From a virus, in the IMG/VR virus record IMGVR_UViG_3300034816_000006, positions 1 to 64,000 of that record: DNA of 64,000 nt. One strand, 5' to 3'. Positions 1-9,687 of the stretch are shown one piece after another. Under the pieces are notes generated by a model. The model did not search any database and was not told the DNA's origin. It was given only the letters and a program-made list of their open reading frames with translations. Made by a program: the position numbers and the translations under genes. Every line of letters begins with the position of its first letter. Position 1 is the first letter of the stretch.

Positions 1-7
1 GGCTGAC

Positions 8-2893
8 GTGGCGGCCCTCACCGCGCTCATGCACAAGGGCACACTGACCGCGATCGAATACGAGAACGAGTTCCAGCGGCTCGCGAAACAGTACGGCACG
101 ATGCATGGTCCGGTCGCGCCGGGGCCTGCGCTGCCAAAACCAGAAGCCGAGACCGACGGTGGCGTCGGGGCGCTTGCTGGGGGGCTCGGTCAGGCCGGGG
201 TCGTCCTTGCCGGAGGGGCGCTTGGGGCCGCTGCCATTGGTCTCGGTCAACATGTCTCTGGCCTCATCGACAAATTCCACGAACTTCAGGACACATGGAC
301 AGAGGCAAAGAATACAGCTCTCAAGTTTGCCGACAGCGTCCACTCGACCAACTTGATCATCGATGAGCAGATTCATCTTGCTCACGATCTTCATTCGACC
401 GAGACGGCGACGATCGAGCTGTACGATACGATCCGCGACGGCACCGACGACCTAAACGTCTCGCATCAGGAGCAGATCAACCTGACTCGAGCGCTCGGAG
501 AAGAAGTACAGATCGCAGGGAGATCGCTCGAAAGCGCTGGCAGTATCGCGCAGCGGTTTGCCTATGCGATGGCGCGTGGCTCCATCTCGGTGTTGGAACT
601 CAACCGGATGATGAAGCAAGTCCCGGAACTCGCAACGTTGTGGTCGAAGTCTCTAGGCACTGACGTTCCAGGTGTGCTCGCTAAGGTGCGGGCCGGGTCG
701 GTGAGCGTTGAGGACCTCATGCGTCCGCTGCTCAGCGAGGGCGAGCAGATTCACAAAAACTTCGAACTACGCGAGCGGACGATCAAGCAAAAGGAACAAG
801 AGCACGAACTGAACGAGAAGCTGTACTCGCAGAAGTATGACGTCGCACTCGGTGCAGGCCACGGTGCACAGGCGATCGTCGATGCGCTCAAGGCAAACGA
901 CGCCATGCGCCAAATGTACGCTCAGATGGGCAGCAGCGGGATCGGCGGGGCAACGTCGGATCTCGCCCGAGAGGCAGAGAAGCAACTAGCCGAGGAGCGC
1001 AAGGCGCACATCCAGGAAGCGATCGACGACGTCAAGAACCTGACGGGGTTCCTGCGGCCGCTGGGCGATCGGTATCGTGAATGGATCGGAGATACCGCGG
1101 CAGTTCGCGCTGAGGTCATCAAGATCAACGCCCCGATGGAAGCAGCGCGTGCAGAACTTGGCAAGCTCAACAAGGCATTTGAGATCGGCCAGATCGACGT
1201 CCTCGACTACACGAAGCACTGGGTCTCGCTGCAGACGACGATCGGCCACGGTGTTGGACCGCAGGCGTACAAGATCACCGAACCGATCCGCATCGCCAAG
1301 GAGGAACTGAAGCGGTTCATGAACGAGATCGAGGCGGGCGCCGATGTCACGCAGGCTCAGGCGCGCAAGGCGATCACGGGCTACGAAACCACGATCCTGG
1401 GTCGCGTTCCGGAGCAGGCGAAGCTCAACAACCCGAAGCTGGATGCGAAGGACGCGCTAGCTGATCTCATCAAGCTGCAGAAGGACGGCGTCATTACGGG
1501 CGAGGCGTTCCGTCGCGAGTACGAGTCGCTCGTCACGACGATGAACGACGGCCGCCTGCCCGAGGCCATCAAGATCTGGAACATGGTCCATGACCCGATC
1601 GACCAGGCCTCGCGAGACTTCCGCGCGCTCGAGGCGCTGTTCCGCAGCGGTCGGCTCTCTGCGGTGCAGTACACCGAGCAGCTGAAGATCGTCGCGGACA
1701 CGCACAAGAACGCTAACGCGGCGATCCTGGCCTCGAGCATCTCGGTATTGGATGAGAACGTCGCCAAGGGCGTGCTGCGCTGGCGCGACTACAACGCCGA
1801 GGTGGCGAAGGCCGTGGCCGGCTTCGAGCAGATCCACCGTACCGCGAGCGGGATCCAGTACCAGATCGCAGCGCCTGGGCCGTCGACGTCGGGCGTTCCG
1901 GGCCAGACCGTGGCACAGGCAGGCGCAGCAGCAACGTCGGCTGATTATGGCGACGAGTACAAGGCCCAGGCTGCTCAGCTCGAGCGCGCGCGACTGGTGG
2001 CCAATGAGGGCGCGGCTGCGCTCGTGAAGTACGAGCACGCGCTCAAGGATGTTGAGGTCGCGCAACAGGCTTACGGGCTGAGTGGCGAAGAAGTGACCGC
2101 TCGGCAGCGCAAGCTGCGTGACGAGTACGAAGCGACGGTCGAGTCGCTGACTAAGATCAAGAGCCCGCTGGCCACGTACCAGCTCACACTCAAGCACCTC
2201 GACGAGCAGCTTCACGACAGTGCCATCAGCCAGTCGAAGTACAACGAGGCGGTCGGCAAGGCCAAGCAGCAGCTGCTGACCGATACGGGCGGGGACAAGG
2301 AGTTCCTCGGGGCGATGGAACTGCAGTGGATCAAGCTCAAGGACGAGGCCGAAGCGTTCGGCGCCACTGTCGCGAACCAGGTCGTCGGCGACATCGGCAA
2401 GCTGAGCGACGCGCTGGTCACCGCGGCGAACGGCGGCGAGGTCTCGTGGTCCGGCATGGCCGACGCGATGATCCAGGACCTGGAGCGCGTACTGCTGCGG
2501 GCCCTGGCGATCAAGGCGATCATGGCGGTCGGCGACGCGATTTCCCCGGGCAGCGGGCAGGCGCTGGGCGCCGCGATCGGGCATGCCGCAACCGGCTTCG
2601 ATGCGGTGGTTCGTGGTCCTGGCAGCGTGGACAGCAAGCTGTTCGCGTCGTGGGTGTCTCCCGGCGAGCGCGTGACCATCACCCCGCCGGGCGCGTATCC
2701 GCACGCGGGCGGTGGTTTCTCGACCGGGCCGATGCAGGCCCCGCAGTCCAGGGCGCCGATCAACAAGATCTACAACATCATGGATGGTTCTGTGGTGCGC
2801 GCTGAGATCGGAAGCCGGAGCGGTAACCAGTCCGTGCTCAACGTGCTTCGAGCGAACCCCGGCGCGGTTGGGAACTACAGCGGCAGGCGGTGA
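8..2893 (+). CDS. Tail tape measure protein (5'-truncated by window)
   Basis: Long Ala-rich helical ORF, frame open to window start; tape-measure-like block (QRFAYAMARGSISVLELNRMMKQVP) and C-terminal ATGFDAVVRGPGSVDS...PGERVTITP motif. Confidence 0.85.
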   Translation: MAALTALMHKGTLTAIEYENEFQRLAKQYGTMHGPVAPGPALPKPEAETDGGVGALAGGLGQAGVVLAGGALGAAAIGLGQHVSGLIDKFHELQDTWTEAKNTALKFADSVHSTNLIIDEQIHLAHDLHSTETATIELYDTIRDGTDDLNVSHQEQINLTRALGEEVQIAGRSLESAGSIAQRFAYAMARGSISVLELNRMMKQVPELATLWSKSLGTDVPGVLAKVRAGSVSVEDLMRPLLSEGEQIHKNFELRERTIKQKEQEHELNEKLYSQKYDVALGAGHGAQAIVDALKANDAMRQMYAQMGSSGIGGATSDLAREAEKQLAEERKAHIQEAIDDVKNLTGFLRPLGDRYREWIGDTAAVRAEVIKINAPMEAARAELGKLNKAFEIGQIDVLDYTKHWVSLQTTIGHGVGPQAYKITEPIRIAKEELKRFMNEIEAGADVTQAQARKAITGYETTILGRVPEQAKLNNPKLDAKDALADLIKLQKDGVITGEAFRREYESLVTTMNDGRLPEAIKIWNMVHDPIDQASRDFRALEALFRSGRLSAVQYTEQLKIVADTHKNANAAILASSISVLDENVAKGVLRWRDYNAEVAKAVAGFEQIHRTASGIQYQIAAPGPSTSGVPGQTVAQAGAAATSADYGDEYKAQAAQLERARLVANEGAAALVKYEHALKDVEVAQQAYGLSGEEVTARQRKLRDEYEATVESLTKIKSPLATYQLTLKHLDEQLHDSAISQSKYNEAVGKAKQQLLTDTGGDKEFLGAMELQWIKLKDEAEAFGATVANQVVGDIGKLSDALVTAANGGEVSWSGMADAMIQDLERVLLRALAIKAIMAVGDAISPGSGQALGAAIGHAATGFDAVVRGPGSVDSKLFASWVSPGERVTITPPGAYPHAGGGFSTGPMQAPQSRAPINKIYNIMDGSVVRAEIGSRSGNQSVLNVLRANPGAVGNYSGRR

Positions 2894-2980
2894 ATCGCCC
2901 CACCTTGTCCGACGGCAGATGATGATCTGGCATGCTCGCCGTGATTCGACCCAGAGAAGTTCTGATGCCACCTTCCGGGT

Positions 2981-3217
2981 GTGGCGGCGACGAACTACAC
3001 GACGACGGCATCGGTCACCCTTGCGACGCTGGCGGCGACCTACGACGGCATCGCCTCGATCTTCCATCACCTTGCCGCGGTGAAGCGGCAGCAGAACGTC
3101 AACATCATCATGAGCGCTATCGTGCTCAACGGTGACAACACGATCACATTCACGTTTACCAACGCGTTGCCGGTGAATGCGGAACAGCTCCTCCACCTCG
3201 GGGTCGTGCAGACGTGA
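2981..3217 (+). CDS. Small virion-module hypothetical protein
   Basis: 78 aa ORF; stop overlaps next start. Confidence 0.6.
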   Translation: MAATNYTTTASVTLATLAATYDGIASIFHHLAAVKRQQNVNIIMSAIVLNGDNTITFTFTNALPVNAEQLLHLGVVQT

Positions 3218-4074
3218 GCTACCCCGGGACGCTGCGCTATCCGAATTCGTGGGGTACCACGATCTACTCAACCGCCGATGGGACGAGGCCTGCGACCGGC
3301 TATGGCACAAGCGTCACGCCGGCGCAGAACGCATACGGCTCGTTCGTCACCCTGATCAGTGGCGCAAACCTGACGGTAGATTGTCTAGACTTGACGATCT
3401 GCGTGAACAACGTTGGCATCACGACGGTCGCGCGTGACTGTGTCGTGGCGCTCGGCATCGATCAGGCGGGCGGGACGTCGTTCACGACGATCGCTGACCT
3501 CGTGTGCGGGCCAGCCTGCGGCTACGCGTTCGGTAGTGACGGCATGACCGGTACCGTGTTTCGCTTCCCGCTGTGGCTCAAGTCGGGATGGTCGATCGGT
3601 GTGGCCGGCGCGGTGAATAGTGCGACGCTCACCGCGTTCAACGTGTTCTGCAAGGTCCGCGGTGCGCCCTCGCACCCTGAGTGCCTCTGGGTCGGCACGG
3701 GTATCGAGCAGTACGGCGTCACGCTGGCGTCGAGCTCGGGCACGACCGTCACGCCGGGTACGACGAGCGAGGGCGCCTACGCGCAGATTGGTACCACGAC
3801 GAAGGCGATCTACGCGATCGAGTTCGGCTACGGAATCAACGACTCGACGATGAGCCAGGCCAACCTTGACGTGGACATCGCAGTCGGCGACGCGACCAAC
3901 AAGCTGATCGCGATCCCAAACGCGCCGATCTCGACGAGCGCGCTCGAGTCGATCGCGAAGCTGCCTGCGCTCGAATACGTCACCGCGGCGGCGAGCGTGA
4001 ACGTCTACGCACGGGCACAGAGCAGCGGAACCGTCGATAGCGCCAACTCAGTCGCAGTCTACGGCGTGTTTTAA
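3214..4074 (+). CDS. Putative virion structural protein with two similar beta-rich halves
   Basis: Thr/Ala/Gly-rich; GTSVTPAQNAYG and GTTVTPGTTSEG internal similarity; tail module position. Confidence 0.65.
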   Translation: MSYPGTLRYPNSWGTTIYSTADGTRPATGYGTSVTPAQNAYGSFVTLISGANLTVDCLDLTICVNNVGITTVARDCVVALGIDQAGGTSFTTIADLVCGPACGYAFGSDGMTGTVFRFPLWLKSGWSIGVAGAVNSATLTAFNVFCKVRGAPSHPECLWVGTGIEQYGVTLASSSGTTVTPGTTSEGAYAQIGTTTKAIYAIEFGYGINDSTMSQANLDVDIAVGDATNKLIAIPNAPISTSALESIAKLPALEYVTAAASVNVYARAQSSGTVDSANSVAVYGVF

Positions 4075-4076
4075 CC

Positions 4077-5435
4077 ATGGCAACTCCATTTACAACAAGC
4101 ACCGGAAGTTCGAGCATCAGCGGCACCGAGTTCTCGCTGGTCAATGGCTCGACGTCGCTTGCCGCGTCGACTACCGCAGGAGAACTCGAGGCGCTGATCG
4201 ACCTGAGCGGAATGATCGCTGGCGATCAGTACCAGATTCGCGTCGTTGACAAGGTCAACGGAGGGACGGCGACGAACCTCTGGATCGCGTTCCCGACCGG
4301 CGTGCAGAGCGGCCTGTTCCGCGTGCCGCCAACTCGAGTGAATGAAGGCTGGGACGTGCGCGTCAAGCTGATCACCGGCAGCGCTCGGACCGTCGCGTGG
4401 TCGTTGAAGCAGGACGTTGGTGATGTCAACGCGCTGACCATCGCGAATGCGGCGATCGCAGCAGCGACGTTCGCCAGCGGGGCCATCACGAGCACGGTCA
4501 TCGCGGCGAACGCGATCGGTGCAAGCCAGATCGCCACGGACGCCATCGATGCCGACTCGATCAAGACGGATGCGGTTACCGAGATCCAATCGGGCCTCGC
4601 AACCTCAACCGCGCTGTCCACGGCACAGACCGATCTGACCACGCTCACCGGCCGGCTCACATCGACGCGGGCCGGGCTCCTGGACAACCTCGATGCGGCG
4701 ATTACGAGCCGGGCGCCGAGTTCCACGGCCGTATCGAACGCCGACTACACCTCAGCTCGCGCGACCAAACTCGACAACCTCGACGCGACCGTAAGCAGCC
4801 GTGCTCCGAGCAGTACCGCGCTAACTACGGCGACGTGGACTAATACACGGGCTGGCCTGATCGATCACCTGGACGCCGACATCTCGAGCCGAGCCCCGGC
4901 AAGCACCGCGGTATCGAACGTCGACTACACGAGCGCGCGGGCTGGCAAGATCGACAACCTCGACGCAGCGGTGACGACGCGGGCGCCGGCATCCACGGCG
5001 CTCAGTACTGTCCAGTGGACCAACGCACGTGCCACGAACCTCGACAATTTGGACGCGGCCGTCGCGAGCCGGGCATCGGCTAGCGCGGTCGCCACGGTCC
5101 AGGCCGACACCGACGACATCCAGAGCAGGCTCCCCGCCGCGCTCGACGGCAGCGGGAACATCAAAGCGGGCGTGCAGTCGCTGGTCGCAGGCGCGCTGAC
5201 CTCGATCGCGGATGCCATCTTCGACACGATCCTGGAGTCCGCTCCGACCAACGCGACGACGTTCCGGCAGCGGTTGCGTGTCTGGTGGTCAGTGCTGAGC
5301 GCCAAGGCGACCGGCCTGGCCATCACGACCGCCGGCACCGAGCACTTCCGCGATGCCGCGGACACCAAGGACCGCGCGACCTACACCCTGGCCACGGACG
5401 GCACGCGCACGCCGACCGGATTCGACGGGACCTGA
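4077..5435 (+). CDS. Tail fibre-like protein with internal repeats
   Basis: 452 aa, Ala/Thr/Ser-rich, five ~30-aa RAxxLDNLDA repeats. Confidence 0.7.
   Translation: MATPFTTSTGSSSISGTEFSLVNGSTSLAASTTAGELEALIDLSGMIAGDQYQIRVVDKVNGGTATNLWIAFPTGVQSGLFRVPPTRVNEGWDVRVKLITGSARTVAWSLKQDVGDVNALTIANAAIAAATFASGAITSTVIAANAIGASQIATDAIDADSIKTDAVTEIQSGLATSTALSTAQTDLTTLTGRLTSTRAGLLDNLDAAITSRAPSSTAVSNADYTSARATKLDNLDATVSSRAPSSTALTTATWTNTRAGLIDHLDADISSRAPASTAVSNVDYTSARAGKIDNLDAAVTTRAPASTALSTVQWTNARATNLDNLDAAVASRASASAVATVQADTDDIQSRLPAALDGSGNIKAGVQSLVAGALTSIADAIFDTILESAPTNATTFRQRLRVWWSVLSAKATGLAITTAGTEHFRDAADTKDRATYTLATDGTRTPTGFDGT
4659..5085 (+). repeat. Five ~90-bp coding repeats (TxxRAxxLDNLDAxxxxRAPxSTA)
   Basis: Visible in translation of 4077..5435. 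Confidence 0.85.
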
Positions 5436-5635
5436 TGCATCTCGGCGCGCATCTTGGGCAGCACATCGGCCAGCACTTGGCCTTTCAGGGCGTCGTGCTG
5501 CCGACCGTACCATCGCTGCCCAAGCATGTTCGGCTGGTCAGCCATGCGCCGGTGGCGACCCTGCTCGCCGCGCCGACCGTAGAGATCGTCGACAACGCAA
5601 CGTCCGTGACCATCCTCGAGGTGACGCATGGATGA
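5435..5635 (+). CDS. Small hypothetical protein
   Basis: ATG overlaps upstream TGA; 3' end overlaps next gene. Confidence 0.5.
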   Translation: MHLGAHLGQHIGQHLAFQGVVLPTVPSLPKHVRLVSHAPVATLLAAPTVEIVDNATSVTILEVTHG

Positions 5636-5951
5636 CAGCCGGACCGCCACATTTCGCCAGGGCATGACCCACAATCCGCTGCGTGCCGTCGCATTCACCG
5701 AGGCCGGGCTCGTCGACTTCCCTACCGAATTTCCTGGCGGTCTGACGTTCAAGATGACCAAGGGCGCAACCGTCGTCACGGGGTCAGCGACTGGGGATGC
5801 GAGCGGCAACATGACCTACCAGTGGGCTACGACCGACCTCGACGTAGCCGGCATCTACTCCGCCCGCTTCAAGGCCACGGACGGCAGCGGGAAGACCGAG
5901 TCTTTCCCGCGCGGCTACAACCTCACGATCATCGTGGAGCCGGACATCTGA
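5628..5951 (+). CDS. BppU N-terminal-like baseplate/tail accessory protein
   Basis: GNMTYQWATTDLDVAGIYSARF...ESFP motif resembles BppU-N-like Ig domains. Confidence 0.6.
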   Translation: MDDSRTATFRQGMTHNPLRAVAFTEAGLVDFPTEFPGGLTFKMTKGATVVTGSATGDASGNMTYQWATTDLDVAGIYSARFKATDGSGKTESFPRGYNLTIIVEPDI

Positions 5952-5987
5952 ATCGCCCCGGATCGGGTCGCTCAGCGACGGTGAGGC

Positions 5988-6554
5988 ATGGGCGTACAGA
6001 CCTGGAGCAACCCACTCGTCGTCGCACTCTCCGACGGCCCGACCCTCACCGCCGCAGCAGCAGCGTCCTGCCTCCCCACGCCGGCGGTCTACACGCTGCC
6101 GAACGGATTCTTCTACAACACCGGAAAGATGCTGCGGATCCGGGCGCAGGGCCGCATCAGCTGCGCCGTGACCACGCCCGGAACGGCACGCTTCGATATC
6201 CGGCTCGGTGCCAGCGCGATCATCGCGTTCGACACGGGGGCCATGAATCTCAACGTCGTGGCCAAGACAAACGTCGGATGGGACCTCAATCTGCTCCTGA
6301 CCGCGCGGACAATCGGCAGCAGCACGACCGCGACGATCCTCGGGCAAGGAACGTGGACCTCGGAGGCGGTGGTCGGGTCTCCGCTCCCCACTGCTGGCGG
6401 TAGCGGCGTGTTCACGCTGCCCTACAACACGGCTCCGGTCGTCGGTGCTGGCTTCGATTCGACCTCGGCGCTCAAGGTCGACATGTTCTACACGCAGACC
6501 GTGGCGACCGGATCGTTCACGCTGCATCAGTACCTGCTCGAGGAGATCGGCTAG
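5988..6554 (+). CDS. Putative virion structural protein
   Basis: 188 aa beta-rich ORF in tail module with upstream AATCGCCCC box. Confidence 0.65.
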   Translation: MGVQTWSNPLVVALSDGPTLTAAAAASCLPTPAVYTLPNGFFYNTGKMLRIRAQGRISCAVTTPGTARFDIRLGASAIIAFDTGAMNLNVVAKTNVGWDLNLLLTARTIGSSTTATILGQGTWTSEAVVGSPLPTAGGSGVFTLPYNTAPVVGAGFDSTSALKVDMFYTQTVATGSFTLHQYLLEEIG

Positions 6555-6560
6555 CGCGCC

Positions 6561-8441
6561 ATGGGCTCGGGACCCAGCGGCCCCGGGCGTCGCGGGTTCC
6601 GGGCTCTCGTCCGGCCGCGCGCGTTTGTCCCCGACGTCGTGCCGCCGGTTCAGTCCGGCGCGCACCCATACGTCACGCGCAACGGCAACCGGCACCCGTC
6701 GCGATTCTTTCGCTTTCCCAAGCAACGCAAGGCCTACGAGGTCTACGGCGGCGGCAGTGGCGCGCTGTCGGGATATGGCGCGGCTGGCGCGGCGACGTTC
6801 GTGCTCTCGTTGGAGCCGGGAACCAGCGTCACGTACGCCTGGAGCACCGACGTCTACCGCAGCTATAGCGGCAACGAGCAGCGGTCATCGCCGTTCCCGA
6901 GTCCCAAGCAGCGGTTCGAGGGTGTCGCGTTCCTGGTCGATTCCAGTAGCCGTGACGCTCGAGGGACGCTTCAGCGCGCCGCGGCGGCCGGGTCGACGTT
7001 CCTGCTTGCGGTGCCGTACGAGGAAGTCGCGATCGTCACCGACACGAACAGCGCCACGGTCGCGGTGCTGAACGTCGGAAGCACGGCCGGCCTGGACTGG
7101 GCGCTGCCGACGCAGCGCGTGATCGTGCTCGGCGGTGACGGCACCGTGGCCTACGCGGTGATCCAGAGCGTGGCATCGACGACAATCTCGGTCATCGTCA
7201 CCACGGCGAGCGGCTCGCTGCTGTTCACGCCGATCGGGACGCCAGGCCTCACCGGCGGGCGTGTCATGCCGCTGGTGCAGGTCCTGCTCGATCCGCAACA
7301 GGGCTTCGCGCGGCACCCGGTCACGGTCGACGAGTGGTCGATCCGGTGCGCGGCCAATGTGTTCGGGTGGACCGGGGCCGACAGCATGGGTCTCGGCGCG
7401 CAGCTCTACACGTACACCAACGGCGGTCCGCAGGTGCAGTCGCGCATCACCGATGCCGACCTGCTCGTGTGGGATCGGCCGAACCTGATCGACGGCACGG
7501 CCGAGGACTCCATGCTCAGCGGCGCCGAGACGCTCGACATGGGCGCGCTGCCTGCGGGCTTCGGCGACCAGACTGTGCCCGATTGGTCGCGGCCGATCCG
7601 GTACGTTTCGAGTGATCCGGCCGAATGGCAGTGGCTCAAGGCGATGCTGCGCTTCCTGCGCGGGCGGCAGCGGCCGTTTCTGCTCAGCACGAACCGCCCG
7701 GACCTGGTCTACGTCGGACCGGCGAGTGGCGGAGGTATCAAGGTGCAGAGCTCGAGCGTGGCCGGCGGCGGCGACTACGCGAGCTGGTACACGTCGCTGG
7801 CTCATCGTCGGCTCGCGATTACGGACGGCAACGGTACGATCACCTACGTCACCGTGACCGCAGCGCCGGTCGACAACGGCGACGGGACGCTGACGCTGAT
7901 GCTCGACAATGGGATCAGTGGAACGCCCGCCCTGATCTCGCTCGCCGAGCAGCTGCGGATCGACAATGACGGCAGCGATGACATCACCGTGACATGGGAA
8001 GGCGGCACGTTCACCGTCGAGCTGACCGCGCGGGCCGTGCAGGAGACGATCACGACGCCGCTCGCATACATGTTCGATACGACGACCTCGCTGGTCTACG
8101 CGTACAACCCGCCGCCAGCGCCGCCGACGGATCAGGAGTTCGCCCCCGGCCCGCTTGGGCAGACCACGCTGCTCAACATCACGCTCGATCGCGGCCTGAC
8201 CTTCGGCGGAATCGTCCAGTCAACGGCGCCTGCGGACGGAACGGTGATCTGCATCAGGAACAACACGCCAGCGCCCAACGCGTTCGGCGCGAACCTTAAC
8301 CACGAGGACACGAACTTCTCGGCGCCTGACCGCTTCTGGTTGTTCAACAGGACCGGCCATACCGGCGTCAACGCAGCGATCTGGCTCGTCTACTCGAGTG
8401 TCGACCAGCGCTGGATTCAGATCGGCTGGAACGCCGGATAG
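6561..8441 (+). CDS. Distal tail/tail assembly protein with C-terminal putative receptor-binding domain
   Basis: WSTDVYRSYSGNEQR and FLRGRQRPF motifs; precedes BR0599-like gene. Confidence 0.7.
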   Translation: MGSGPSGPGRRGFRALVRPRAFVPDVVPPVQSGAHPYVTRNGNRHPSRFFRFPKQRKAYEVYGGGSGALSGYGAAGAATFVLSLEPGTSVTYAWSTDVYRSYSGNEQRSSPFPSPKQRFEGVAFLVDSSSRDARGTLQRAAAAGSTFLLAVPYEEVAIVTDTNSATVAVLNVGSTAGLDWALPTQRVIVLGGDGTVAYAVIQSVASTTISVIVTTASGSLLFTPIGTPGLTGGRVMPLVQVLLDPQQGFARHPVTVDEWSIRCAANVFGWTGADSMGLGAQLYTYTNGGPQVQSRITDADLLVWDRPNLIDGTAEDSMLSGAETLDMGALPAGFGDQTVPDWSRPIRYVSSDPAEWQWLKAMLRFLRGRQRPFLLSTNRPDLVYVGPASGGGIKVQSSSVAGGGDYASWYTSLAHRRLAITDGNGTITYVTVTAAPVDNGDGTLTLMLDNGISGTPALISLAEQLRIDNDGSDDITVTWEGGTFTVELTARAVQETITTPLAYMFDTTTSLVYAYNPPPAPPTDQEFAPGPLGQTTLLNITLDRGLTFGGIVQSTAPADGTVICIRNNTPAPNAFGANLNHEDTNFSAPDRFWLFNRTGHTGVNAAIWLVYSSVDQRWIQIGWNAG

Positions 8442-8449
8442 GAGACGCC

Positions 8450-8812
8450 ATGCCGCAGATGTTTCCCACGATCCTTCGGCCGGCCAGCTTCACGAGTAAC
8501 CAGGAGCTGTCGTTGTCCGTTGGTCCCACGAGCACGATTGTGTTCATGACGAGCAACGCGAACCGGACGTTCTTCGGCCTCGCTGCGGTCGGCGGCAACC
8601 AGGACGGCATGGTGGTCTGCTTCGTGAACGTCTCGAACACGGCGAACTGGCAGCACATCTTTGCGCACGACTCGTCGTCGGCCAGCAACGTAATCAACCG
8701 CTTCCTGATGCCAGGCCAAGGCAATCTCAACACGGGAACCGGCATCGGATCGTGCACGGTAGTCTACAACGGAACCATGCAGCGGTGGCTCTGCATCAGC
8801 GACACGGTCTGA
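8450..8812 (+). CDS. Stand-alone paralog of the C-terminal domain of 6561..8441
   Basis: Shared TFxG, DGxVxCxxN, HE/HD, RF and VYxxxxQRW pattern. Confidence 0.65.
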   Translation: MPQMFPTILRPASFTSNQELSLSVGPTSTIVFMTSNANRTFFGLAAVGGNQDGMVVCFVNVSNTANWQHIFAHDSSSASNVINRFLMPGQGNLNTGTGIGSCTVVYNGTMQRWLCISDTV

Positions 8813-8848
8813 ATCGTCCCCGGTGAGGCGCGGCGCGACGATGATGAC

Positions 8849-9685
8849 GTGAGCAGCTTCGACGACAACGAACGCAGCAGGTCGCAGAGTCGACCAGTAG
8901 ACCTGTACACGATTGGGACACCAACGCAAACATACCACGTGACCTCGCATATCCAGAGTGTGGTCTATGGCGGCAACACGTACACCGCGTTGACGATGAG
9001 TCGAGGAAATCTTCAGATCGGCCAGGAGCTGCAGGGCCGCGAGCTGATCGTCTACCTGCCGATCGATCATCCATTGGTCCAGCGGTTCACGGCGAGCGGT
9101 ATCCCGGAGCACGCGGTCACGGTGACCCTGCTCCGCATGCAATCGGTCAGCGGCCAGGCGCTCCAGCAGTGGTCGGGATTCGCACAATCAATCGCGATCG
9201 AAGGGCACACCGCGAGCATTCGTGTCCCATCGGTGACGGAGGATGCGATGAAGCTCCGGTTGCCGGTCATCTCGGCGCAGCGCCTGTGCAACCACACGCT
9301 CTACGATTCGCTGTGCACGCTCGACCGGGCCGGCTTCGCGATCGAGCCGCCGTCGGTATACATCACAGGACAGAGTGGAAACACCATCACGCTATCGATG
9401 GTGGATGGCAGTGCAGACCATCGCTTCCAGTTCGGCGAGGTCTATCACGGCAGCGGGCAGCGTCGTCACATCCTCGAACAAATCGGCACCGTGCTGACGC
9501 TCAATGCGCCGTTCGTGGGAGCCAGCACCGGCGATGGAGTGGTCGTATACTCGGGCTGCGACCACAGCATCCAGACATGCCGAGACAAGTTCGGCAACGT
9601 CGTGAATTTCGGCGGGATGCCTGACCTGAACTCGAGCATCAACCCGTGGGCCCCGAAGGGCCTCGGCATCATCCAGCAGGCATAA
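8849..9685 (+). CDS. Phage BR0599/DUF2163-like baseplate hub protein
   Basis: CNHTLYDSLC and GCDHSIQTCRDKFGNVVNFGGMP signature. Confidence 0.9.
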   Translation: MSSFDDNERSRSQSRPVDLYTIGTPTQTYHVTSHIQSVVYGGNTYTALTMSRGNLQIGQELQGRELIVYLPIDHPLVQRFTASGIPEHAVTVTLLRMQSVSGQALQQWSGFAQSIAIEGHTASIRVPSVTEDAMKLRLPVISAQRLCNHTLYDSLCTLDRAGFAIEPPSVYITGQSGNTITLSMVDGSADHRFQFGEVYHGSGQRRHILEQIGTVLTLNAPFVGASTGDGVVVYSGCDHSIQTCRDKFGNVVNFGGMPDLNSSINPWAPKGLGIIQQA

Positions 9686-9687
9686 CG

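Noticed and set aside
2932-3135. 67-aa ORF after an AATCG box
   Set aside because: Overlaps the better-supported 2981..3217 in another frame; implausible composition
1457-3310. 617-aa minus-strand ORF
   Set aside because: Antisense shadow of the tape measure gene, common in high-GC DNA
7990-8812. Diversity-generating retroelement TR/VR pair
   Set aside because: Similarity only at protein level; no reverse transcriptase in window
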